Positions 52,555 to 63,571 of a DNA stretch of 64,000 bases are shown piece by piece. Below the pieces are notes generated by a model that saw nothing but the letters and a program-made list of their open reading frames with translations, had not been told where the DNA came from and made no database searches. The DNA comes from Raja brachyura (taxonomy: Eukaryota): contig OY740804.1 of assembly GCA_963514005.1 (NCBI GenBank), positions 5,208,001 to 5,272,000 on the forward strand. Direction: 5' to 3'. The translations under genes and the position numbers were made by a program. Numbering within the stretch: position 1 is the first letter of the stretch; each line of letters opens with the position of its first letter.

Positions 52555-55500
52555 GTAAATCGTTGTTTTACAAAATGCTCTGTTCTTTAGAATTATTTAC
52601 CAGCGACTTGAATTATTTGTAACCACAGACCTCTCTGTACTGTGTGGGGAGCTGATGATAAATTGCTCAACACTCGTTAGTTCCTGTAGAGACTTCCATC
52701 AGCGGTTGTTGTCGTGTTGTGTGCAGCCAAATTGCACACAGCTAGCTCCCTGGGGAGAAGGGAGATAACTACCTACAGCTTGCCTTGTGGACCTCACTGA
52801 AACATACCAAATAGTGAACGTCCTGGATAGAGTGGATGGGGTGAGGATGTTTCCACTAGTGGGAGAGTCTAGGACCAGAGGTCGCAGCATCAGAATTAAA
52901 GGACATTCCTTTAGGAAGGCGATGAGGAGGAATTTACTTATTCAATGGTGGTGAAACTGTGGAATTCATTGCCACATAATGCTGTGGAGGCTGTCAATAT
53001 ATATTTCCAAGGCAGAGGTAGATAGATTTGTGATTAGTACAAGTGTTAGGAGTCATGGGGAGAAGGCAGGAGGATTGAGTTGAGAGGGAAAGGTAGATCA
53101 GCCATGATTGAATGGTGGAGAGTAGACTTGATGGGCCAAATGGCCTAATTCTGCTCCTAGTACTAATGAACTTATGATCTGTTCTTCAGAATTATTTACT
53201 AGCACCTTGAATTATTTTGAGCCACAGAGCAGACCACTGTGCTACGAGGTGCTAAAGATAAAGTGCTTGCAGACTTGTTTTTTCCTGCACTAATGACTGT
53301 TGTGTAGCTGTGCGCATTCAAATTGCACACAGCTAACTCCCTGTAGAAAATGACCCGAGAGCTGGCCTTGTTGATTATGGGTGTAGGGGTAACTCTTGCC
53401 CCCAGACCAGAGAGTTTGCTCCACTATTCTGGTGCAAACTATCTCCAGGTGAACTTTCTCAGTGACTTGACAGCAGATCAGCTAAATTCGTCTTGTGGCT
53501 TGTGAGCGGACCTGGACTGATCTGATCATGTGTCTCCACCCCAGCTCCCGAATCTGCAGAGTTTCACATGTGTTAGAGTCATAGAGTGATACAGTGTGGA
53601 AACAAGCCCTTCGGCCCAACTTGCCCGCACCGGCCAAAACGTCTCAGCAACACTTGTCCCACCTGTCCACGTTTGGTCCAAGTCCCTTCAAACATGTCCT
53701 ATCCATGTACCTGTCTAACTGATTCGTAAATGATGGGATAGTCCCTGCCTCAACTACCTCCTCTAGAGCTGGTGTTATTCAGTAGGTCAGGCAGTATCTC
53801 ATGGTCTTGACTTGAAACGTCAATGTTCTCCACAGATGCTGCCTGACCTACTCATTCACCACAGGCAACTGGCTATTCAGCTTTAGTAAAACACAAAGTG
53901 CTGGAGTAACACTGCAGGTCAAGCTGCATCTCTTGGTGACTTTCCTTTAGTGACTTTAGAGATACAGCACGGAAACAGGCCCTTTGGCCCATCAAGTCCA
54001 CGCCGTCCAGTGATCACCTGACACACTAACACTACCCTACACACGAGGAGCAAATTACAATTTTAACTGAAGCCAATTAACCTACAAACCTGCACGTCTT
54101 TGGAGTGTGGGAGGAAACTGGAGCACCCGGAGAAAGCCCGCGCTGTCACGGGGAGAACGTACAAACTCCATACAGACAGCACCCGAGGTCAGGGTCAAAC
54201 ATGGGTCTCTGGCGCTGTTAGGCAGCAACTCTACCCCTGTGCCTCCATGTCTCTACCCGTAACGTTACCTATCCAAGTTCTCCAGCGATGTTGCCTGACC
54301 CGCTGAGCCATCACAGGCAGCTGGCTAAGCAGCTTTAGTAAAGCACAAAGTGCTGGAGTAAATCAGCAGGACAGGCAGCATCTCTGGAGAACATGGATAG
54401 GTGACGTTTAGGGTTGGGACCTGAATAAGCGGTAGGCCATTTAGGACTCAGATGAGGAACAACCTTTTCACCCAGAGAGTTCCACTTTCTCCAGAGATAG
54501 TTCCTGACCCGTTGAGTTACTCCAGCACTTTGTGTCCTTTTGTGTATTAACCAGCATCTGCAGTTCCTTCTTTCTACTAGTTCAATGGGGAAGTGGGTTG
54601 TAGTGAGATTGAACACTGGGTGGGTCAGAGTGAGAGACACGTTGGCTTCCTGTCACATGACCACCACTCAGGTCAAGCCACACCCACAGGGAAGGAGGAT
54701 CTGGGCGCCAGGTAGATTCAGGAGCAGTTCTGCTTTCACTGGAACTTGGGGAACAATCCCGGTGAAATGGGAATTAACACCAGCGGGAAAAGCATTAAAG
54801 TGCAACAGGATCTATGCAAAAGAAGAGAGACACAAAATGCTGGAGTAACTCAGCGGGACGGGCAGCATCTCTGGAGAGAAGGAATGGGTGAGGAAACATC
54901 ACCCGTCGGTTTCTCCAGAGATGCTGCCTGTCCCGCTGAGTTACTCCAGCTCTTTGTGTCTATCTTTGGTGTAAACCAGCACCTGCAGTTCCTTGCTACA
55001 CATGCCCTATGTGAAACCATGAACCTGTCTCAACAGCACAAAGGACATGTTTTTTATTGTTAAACCTCAGCTTGTGTTGCTGCAGTGTGAGTGATCTTTC
55101 ATCATTAATGTGCCCACAGGGTCATGGGGAATAACTGGACCCGGGGAGGTGAGGGGAGAGTTGGGGCAGTCAGTCACTGTGGAATGTCAGTATGGTCGGG
55201 AATACAGAGACAACAGGAAGCGATGGAGGAAAGGTGATTATTACCTGCCATCTTCTACCGTGGTTTCTACTGATGACCCACAACGAGGGAGAACATCGAT
55301 GACTGATAGCAAAACACAACAGATAGTTTCAGTAACCATCGACAACCTGGAGAAGAGTGATGAAGGACTCTACTGGTGCGAGATAGACATATCATTCAAC
55401 ATCGATGAATCGACCTCCATCTCATTGAAGGTTTCTGAAGGTACGTTGACGATCTCTCCTCACTCTCCCAGATGTGAAAATTCCAGCCTGGGAATTCCCG

Positions 55501-58500
55501 GCCTCGGTCCTGACAGTGACTCGGTGCCACATCCCTGGGGGTCCGTCGGGGGGGGGGTGAGGGGTTTGGGGCAGGTGAGAGGGGGGTAGGGTGGAACCGC
55601 TGCATGGGGCCACACCAGGAGCCCACTGTCCCAGAAGCAGTGTGTTTTTGAGGGGGGGGGGGGGAGCTCATCAATGGGGACCGGCGGTCCTGCTGCTGGC
55701 GGCTCATTACTCCAAAGACAATCTCTCCGGGACCAGAACCTCTGCTGCCCCAGGGGCAGGGAGGGGGGGGGGGGGGGGGGGGGGAAGGGGGAAAGCCCCC
55801 TCACACTCTCCCCCTGCCCGTCACTGTCACACCCACCACTCACACTACATCTGAAGAAGGATCCCAACCCTAAACATCGTCTATTCATTCCTTCCACAGA
55901 TGCTGCCTGACCTGCTGAGTTACTCCAGCACTTTGTGTTTTGCTTAAGATTCCAGCACCTGCAATGCCTGTGTCTCACAAACTTTGGTGATTCATGAGCT
56001 CAGTTTATTGTTGTCGTCTGTACCGACGTACAGGGAAAACCTTTTACCATGTTTTCAATGAGGGCCAAGTCATTGGGTATTTTTAAGGTGGAGATTGACA
56101 GGTTCTCCATTAGTACGGGAGTCAAGCGATATGGGGAGAAGGCAGGAGAATTGGGTTGAGAGGGAGAGATACTGTAGTTCAGCCATGATTGAAAGGCGGA
56201 GTAGACAAAAATGGGACAAATGGCCTCATTCTGTCCCTATCACATGAACATGACCGAAGAATCCTCATGAGATGAGTGATATAGACTTTACACTGAGCCA
56301 CACAAACTGTACAAGATGAGATACTCAACAGTTCGGACAGCATCTGTGGAGAGAGAACGAGAGTTAATGTTTCAGGTAGATACCTCCAACCAAATTGCAT
56401 TATTTCCAATTCAGTCCGCGTAACGCAAATAGTCCATGGATCCTCACACTCCCAAGTTCTTCTCTAACGTAGAAGACATGTGCCTCACTCTAGCAGCAGG
56501 AAGATAACACAGCCTGTGTGACTGAAGGGCATGAAAGAAGTCTCTGAATGCTTTCGACCATACAGTGGCATCTTATAGGGTGAGCCTCCAGTCTAGATCA
56601 AGAGGCTTGGTTCATCTATGGTGGCCTCAGAAGGATCTTTGCCCAATTGTCTGGAGTGGGATTCAAACAAAGAATCTCCCACACTCCACTAAAGTGGCAC
56701 AGAACGTGCTTTCAGACATTTAATGTTCAAAAACTTCATTTTCTTTATCTCCACAAGGGTCTCAAACACACCGCCCAGACATGGTCACCACCACCTCTAC
56801 AACAATAAGCACAAGGGCTTCCACCACAACCACTCTGACCACCCTGACTCAAGGTGCACCAACCGCAAAGGAAGCAAGTTCCACTGAGGCTTCTGGTTCA
56901 GCACCTCCAAACAGGTTAGTAACTCGAAGAGCCAACTCAACCTCACCTGAGAACAAATTAGTTAAGTTCAATTCAGCTCGGTTTAAAGATACAGTGTGGA
57001 AATGGACCCTTTGGCCCGCTGAGTCAGCTCTGAGCAGCGATCACCCCATACACCAGTTCTGTTCTACACACTAGGGGCAATTTACTACAAACCCGCACGT
57101 CTTTGGAATGTGGGAGGAAACTGGAGAACCCAGAGTAAACTCTTGCGATCACAGGGAGAACGTACAACTCTGCTCTGACAGCACCGGTAGTCAGGATCGA
57201 ACTCGGGTCTCCTGCGCTGTGAGGCAGCAACTCTACCGCTGCGCTGACATTTCAATGTGTGAGCCTCATGTCTAGATCACGGGGCTTGGTCCATCTATGG
57301 TGGCCTAGGAAGGATTCTTGCTCAAATCTCTGGATTGGGATTCGAACCAAGAACCTCCCCACACAGAGCAAGAGCGCTCCCAACTGTTTCATCTCCCACA
57401 CACAGGGCCGGATAAGCTAGACAAGCTTAAGCTTAAGGCCTTGAGATCTAGGGGGGCATACTCACCTTGCTGCCTCACCAGACCCGTTAAACCTCGCCGT
57501 CCCACCGACCATCCGCCCACCGGGACCTCCAACTCTTTGCCAGCTGACACTGGCCACTCCACCGCCCTCCAGCAGCCCGCAGCCATCGCCGTACCTGCAG
57601 CCTGGACAGCACCGGGCCTGAAGCTTCCACGCTGCAGACTCCCACTCCCCCCGGGTTTGACAGCACTGGCTCCTAGTGCTAGTCAGCCAACCCTGGTAAT
57701 CTCAGTGGCTGTTCCACTGGGTTTTCCCCATTCCCCTCAAACCATGTGACCCCAGCTCTTCCCCACCCAAAGTAATTGAAGTAATTTAATTAAATAGATC
57801 CTGGAAAACCAATAACCATTGGTGAAAAACCAGTCCAGGCATTACATTTTGGGCTTCAGCCCCATCCTACCCTTTGGGCTTCTACCCCAACCTAACTGTG
57901 TGTTAGTTGTCAGTGCGTGATGTGTGTGTAGGAGGGAGAGAAGGGAGGGAGGGAGGGAGAGAAGGGAGGGAGGGAGGGAGGAAGGACAGAAGGGAGGGAG
58001 GGAGGGAAGGAGAGAAAGAAGGGATGGAGCGAATGAGGGAAGGGAAAACAGAGAGGAGGGAGGGAGAGAAGAGAGGGAGGGAGGGAAGAAGGCCGGCAGA
58101 TGGGACTAGTGTAGATAACGGCATCCTGGTCATCGTGAGGAAATTGGGTCAAAGGACATGTTTTCGTGCTGTATGTCTGACCACCAACATGAACATCTAA
58201 GTTGTTAATGTATGTGGTCATGGAACACCTCCAAGGAATGGACGCATGTTGCGATATAAACTTCTCACCAATGTCTAAGCCGCAACCGTGGATCACACTG
58301 AATTAGTCCGTGTGCAATATGATGAAACAAAATTCCCAGCGTTGATCTGTGATAACTCTGTGTGGAAGTAATAATATTTCCGTGGATTTCCAGGGACATC
58401 GTGCTGAATGTTCGCCGTGTTTGGGGTGTGTTGCGCTGGGTACTCTTTGGAGTTCTGCTTCTCTTCCCGGTTTCCATCTGCTGTGTGACAACTTTTAAAA

Positions 58501-61289
58501 GGTAAAAGTTTGCAATCCCTTCACTCTGGTGTTCACATTAAATTCAATTGGGAATGATGGGAATTTACTTTAGAATTATAGAGATAAAGTGTGGACATAC
58601 AGTGCCCTCCATAATGTTTGGGACAAAGACCCTTCATTTATTTATTTGCCTCTGCATTCCACAATTTGAGATTTGTAATAGAAAAAAAACACATGTGGTT
58701 AAAGTGCACGTTGTCAGATTTTATTAAAGGGGATTTTTATACATTTTGATTACACCATGTAGAAATTACAGCTGCGTTTATACAGTCCCCCCATTTCAGG
58801 GCACCATAATGTTTGGGACACATGGCTTCACAGGTGCTTGTAATTGCTCAGGTGTGTTTAATTGCCTCCTTAATGCAGTTACAAGATTGTACTCAGCACC
58901 TAGTTTTTCCTCCAGTCTTTCCACCACCTTTGGAAACTTTGATTGCTGTTTATCAGCATGAGAACCAAAGTTGTGCCAATTCTTGAAAATCAAAGAACCC
59001 ATTATGAGACTGAGAAACAAGAATAAAACTGTTACAGACATCAGCCAAACCTTAAAGCTTGCCAAAATCAACAGTTTGGAACATCATTAAGAAGAAAGAG
59101 AGCACTGGTGAGCTTACTAATCGCAAGGGACTGGCAGGCCAAGGAAGACCTCCACAGCAGATAACAGAAGAATTCTCTCTATAATAAAGAAACCCCCCCC
59201 AAACACCTGTTCGACAGATCAGAAACACTCTTCAGGAATCAGGTGTGGATTTGTCAATAACCACTGTACACAGAAGAATTAATGAACAGAAATACAGAGG
59301 CTACACTGCAAGATGCAAACCACTGGTTACCCACAAAATAGGATGGCCGGATTACAGTTTGCCAAGAAGTACCTAGAGCAACCACAGTTCTGGAAAAAGA
59401 TCTTGTGGATAGATAAGACGAAGATTAACTTATATAAAAGTAATGGCAAGAGAAAAGTATGGAGAAGAGAAGGAACTGCCCAAGATCCTAAGCCTAACAC
59501 CTCATCTGTGAAACACGGTGGTAGAGGTGTTATGGCCTGGGCATGCATGGCTGCTGAAGGTACTGACTCGCTTATCTTCATTGATGATACAACTGCTGAT
59601 GGTAGTGGCATGATGAATTCTGAAGTGTATAGACACATCCTATCTGCTCAGGTTCAAACAAATGCCTCCAAAAACCCACAGGTGGCAGTTCATTCTACAC
59701 AAAGACACTGATTTCAAACATATTGCAAAAGCAACAATGGAATTTTTCAAAGCTAAAAAATGATCAATTCTTTTCTGGCCAAGTCATTGTTAACACAATT
59801 AAGCATGCCATTTATATGCTGAAGAGAAAACTGAAAGGGACTAGCCCCCTTAAAAAGCCTAAGCTAAAGATGGCTGCAATACAGGCCTGGCAGAGCATCA
59901 CCAGAGAAGACACCCAGCAACTGGTGATGTCTATAAATCACAAAGTTCAAGCAGTCATTGCATGCAAATGATTTGCAACAAAATACTAAACATGACTACT
60001 TTCATTTACATGTCTTTGCTGTGACCCAAACATTATGGTGCCCTGAAATGGGGGGACAATGTATAAACACTGCTGTAACTTCTACATGGTGAAACCAAAA
60101 TGTATAAAAATGCCCTTTATTAAAATCTGACAATGTGCACTTTAACCACATGTGATTTTTTTTCTATTACAATTCTCAAATTGTGGAGAACAGAGGCAAA
60201 TAAAATAAATGATGGGTCTTTTTCCCAAACATTATGTAGGGCGCTGTAGGCCCTACAGCCGACCAAGTCCGCGCCGACCAATGATCACCCCGTACACTCG
60301 CACTATCATACACACGAGGGACAATTTACAATTATACAGAGGCCAATTAACCTACAAAACTACACGTCTTTGGATTGTGGTAAGAAACCGGAGCATCCGG
60401 CGAAAACCAGGTGGTAGAGATTACAAACTGTATTTTAATTGTCATTCAAGGAAAAAAGCAGCCGAGACCTTGGAGATGGGGTCAGCAGTGGTGGAGGGAG
60501 GAGAGGAACAGCGCCGGTGAGCTGGCTGGGTGGGGCCTCACCTCGCATGGAGACGGCCGTGGGAGGCGAGGGGAAAAGGGTGCGTTGGTGGGTCGAGGTG
60601 TGCGCGGAGTGTGAGTGGGCTGCTGGAGGCCCTGCAGCAGCCGGTGGGTCAGGTGCCGCTGGAGGTCCCACAGCGGTCGGGGACGAGTGCGTGGATTGGA
60701 CACGGCCTGCAGCGGCACGGAGCGGCGGTGGAGGCACCGACAACATCGCCAGGCCAGGCCGAACCCTGCAACTCCCACCCAGTGCCGTCTCCACGACAAC
60801 GGGCCTTTAAGCCCAAAATAAGACTCTACTTTTTTACCAATTTGATATTTTAAAGAATATAGATACCACCAGAAATGTGGCAACTCTTGTGTACTGTATT
60901 ATATAATCTGCTATTAATACTCTTGTTCTTAGCTTCAGCTGTGCTTATATAAAGTAAGATTTTGACTGAATTCTATGCAAAATAAATTTCACTGTACCCA
61001 TGTGCATGAGACAATAAAGTACCATTGAACCATTGAGCAATGGGGATATAAAATGGTTACATGATTACAAGTATTGAACTGTGGACACACGTTAGAAGAA
61101 TAAGATAAAAATTAAGGGTAATCATTTTATATCAATATTGTTATTCTGATGGAATGTCGCCCAATAATAATCGTTTCGCTTTTCAGGGCCAGAGAGGGTG
61201 TTCACCAGTTGGAGATGTACAAATCTCATCACCTTGACCCTACAGCATCACCACACCCCACCTATGTCCAATCTAACTTCACCACTTGA
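52458..61289 (+). CDS. Gene C: complete 5-exon CD300/pIgR/TREM-like (MDIR-type) single-Ig-V type I membrane receptor, 261 aa. Exons 52458-52554, 55120-55440, 56758-56914, 58394-58501, 61187-61289
   Basis: All introns are GT-AG with matching phases (1,1,2,2). Exon lengths sum to 786 nt with no internal stop. Domain order is signal peptide, V-set Ig (TVEC...W...DxGLYWC), S/T stalk, TM, tail. Each exon is conserved in paralogous units. Confidence 0.82.
54644..54686. promoter_or_regulatory. Candidate intronic enhancer or alternative promoter: ETS + E-box + AGGTCA + CACCC cluster; paralog at ~22903-22948
   Basis: ggCTTCCTGTCACATGACcaccactcAGGTCAagCCACACCC. Confidence 0.4.
55120..55440 (+). CDS. 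Gene C exon 2, V-set Ig domain, CD300/pIgR-like
   Basis: Acceptor cccacag|, donor |gtacgt, 321 nt, phase 1-1. Sequence [21 protein letters not shown]...KRW...[18 protein letters not shown]...ISLKVSE. Confidence 0.93.
56758..56914 (+). CDS. Gene C exon 3, Thr/Ser-rich mucin-like stalk
   Basis: Acceptor ttctttatctccacaag|, donor |gttagt, phase 1-2. [52 protein letters not shown]. Confidence 0.85.
57930..58092 (+). repeat. Purine-rich (GGGA/GGAA)n low-complexity tract; paralog at ~46633-46772
   Basis: Seen directly in the sequence. Confidence 0.9.
58394..58501 (+). CDS. Gene C exon 4, transmembrane segment with intramembrane Arg
   Basis: Acceptor gatttccag|, donor |gtaaaa, phase 2-2. [36 protein letters not shown]. 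Confidence 0.85.
58600..60246 (+). mobile_element. Tc1 transposon, paralogous copy in gene C intron 4
   Basis: 1.65 kb, TA-flanked inverted repeats, frameshifted transposase. Confidence 0.92.
61187..61289 (+). CDS. Gene C exon 5, cytoplasmic tail to stop codon
   Basis: Acceptor gtttcgcttttcag|, phase 2. [34 protein letters not shown]. Conserved in four units, with AATAAA ~400 nt downstream. Confidence 0.68.
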
Positions 61290-61683
61290 GGAGGAATTTG
61301 TTTAGGCAAAGGGTGATGAATCTGTGGAATTCATTGCCACAGATGGCTGTGGAGGCCAAGTCAATGGATATTTTTAAATTGACAGGTGTCAAAGAGATTG
61401 ACAGGTGTCAAAGATTGAGGGGAGAAGGCATGAGAATGGGATGGAGGGGGAAAGATAGATCATCCATGATTGAATGGTGAAGTAGACTTGATGGAGCAAA
61501 TGGCCGAATTCTATACCTATGTTTGTAGACACATCTGTACATCCTGACATTCACCCAAAAGACAGCAGTACATAGACTTTAACTCAAAGCTGGCTCTCCA
61601 GAATGTGAACTTTTAACTTTATTACCAAATGAATTGCTGTGTAAAACACTACACATTGAATAATGATTAAAATAATCCAATGT

Positions 61684-61689
61684 AATAAA
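61684..61689 (+). terminator. Candidate polyadenylation signal of gene C (paralogs 51692-51697 + and 12782-12787 -)
   Basis: AATAAA ~400 nt after the stop, at a conserved position in three units. Confidence 0.45.
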
Positions 61690-62459
61690 AGATGGCAGAA
61701 TTTTTGTCATAAAGTCATAAGTGATAAGAGTAGAATTAGGCCATCAAGTGTACTCCGCCATTCAATCATGGCTGACCTATCTCTTCCTCCCAACCCCATT
61801 CTCCTGCCTTCTCTCCATAACCTCTGACCCATGTACTAATTAGTAGTTAAGAATCTATCTGTTGTTTATCTGGTGACGTGAGTGGACTTACCTGATCACG
61901 TTTGGCGTTGTCTTATTTCTCCTGGGTAACGTTTCAACACATGAGAAGCTGAGGAAGGCTGGACAAATTAGTGACGCACATTTTGAGGTGGGTAAACAGG
62001 TCACAAGTTCACACATTCCAGGAGTGGAATTTGGCCATTCAGCCCATTGAGTCTACTCAGCCATTCAAACATGGCTGATCTCTGCCTCCTAATCCCATAC
62101 AAGTTCAGACACAGTGTGCCCGCATTTGGGGGAGGGGGGTGAGGGGGTGGGCAAGGGAATGTTTGCGGTGGTGGACAGAGTGCCAGTCAAGCGGGCAAAC
62201 GTCACCAGGATGAAGCAGAGCTTCGAGGAGATGCTCCAATCCAGGCAACAGGAGAGCATTGCAGCGCACTCCTGATAGGTGCGTTGTGCGTGGTGAGGAG
62301 GCTGGGGGAGGTGGCAAGTGAGTCACCAAGTTAGTCTCGAACCACTGCAAAGTCGTTTCCTGAGCAAACGGAAATTGACTGTTTGACTTCTGTTGTGAAT
62401 GAGGAAGAGGACAACTCAAACGCAGTGCAGGGACCAAACCGATCCAACGCAGCCGAGAC

Positions 62460-62556
62460 ATGGCGGTGGGACAGGGAGAATTCACCCACCAGAAACGGCC
62501 CAGATCCAGGGGAACAGTCGCTCTGTTGGTTCTTGTCGCTGTTGGTCTCACATCAG
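62460..62556 (+). CDS. Gene E exon 1 (signal peptide); the gene presumably continues past the window end
   Basis: Intact 97-nt leader exon 10,002 nt downstream of the gene C leader. Intron-1 homology runs to position 64000. Confidence 0.75.
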
Positions 62557-63533
62557 GTAAATCGTTGTTTTACAAAATGCTCTGTTCTTTAGAATTATTT
62601 ACCAGCGCCTTGAATTATTTGTAACCACAGACCTCTCTGTACTGTGTGGGGAGCTGATGATAAATTGCTCAATGCTCGTTAGTTCCTGTAGAGACTTCCA
62701 TCAGCGGTTGTTGTCGTGTTGTGTGCAGCCAAATGGCACACAGCTAGCTCCCTGTGGAGAAGGGGGATAACTATCTACAGCTTGCCTTGTGGACCTCACT
62801 GAAACTTACCGAATAGTGAAAGGCCTGGATAGAGTGGATGGGGTGGGGATGTTTCCGCTAGTGGGAGAGTCTAGGACCAGAGGTCGCAGCCTCAGAATTA
62901 AAAGACATTCCTTTTGGAAGGATATGAGGGGGAATTTATTTATTCAATGGTGGTGAAACCGTGGAATTCATTGCCACAGAATGCTGTGGAGGCTGTCAAT
63001 AGATATTTCCAAGGCAGAGATAAATAGATTCTTGTTTAGTACAGGTGTTAGGAGTACTTGGGAGAAGGCAGGAGGATTGAGTTGAAAGGGAAAGGTAGAT
63101 CAGCCATGATTGAATGGTGGAGATTAGACTTGATGGGCCAAATGGCCTAATTCTGCTCCTCGTACTAATGAACTTATGATCTGTTCTTCAGAATTATTTA
63201 CTAGCACCTTGAATTATTTTGAGCCACAGAGCAGACTACTGGGCTACGAGCTGCTAAAGATAAAGTGCTTGCAGGCTTGTTCTTTCCTGCACTAATGACT
63301 GTTGTGTAGCTGTGCGCAGCCAAATTGCTCACAGCTAACTCCCTGTAGAAAATGACCCGACTGCTGGCCTTGTTGATTATGTATGATGGGATAACTCTTG
63401 CCCCCAGAACAGAGAGTTTCCTCCACTATTCTGGTGCAAACTATCTCCAGGTGAACTTTCTCAGTGACTTGACAGCAGATCAGCTAAATGCTTTACCCCT
63501 TGCATATCTCTTGACTTCCTCCTTCCCTGACTG

Positions 63534-63571
63534 TTGGTCTGAAGAAGTGTCTCGACCCGAAACGTCACCCA
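63534..63571 (+). ncRNA. Minimal hammerhead motif in gene E intron 1, with one helix II mismatch
   Basis: ggtctgaagaagtgtctcgacccgaaacgtcaccc. Confidence 0.5.

Noticed and set aside
55052-55089. RSS-like nonamer-22-heptamer (ttttattgt...cagtgtg) 30 nt upstream of the Ig exons, suggesting RAG rearrangement
   Set aside because: The nonamer is weak, the spacer is 22 in some copies but 19 before B-D2, no 12-RSS partner was found, and the Ig exons already encode the G strand. An RIC score would settle it.
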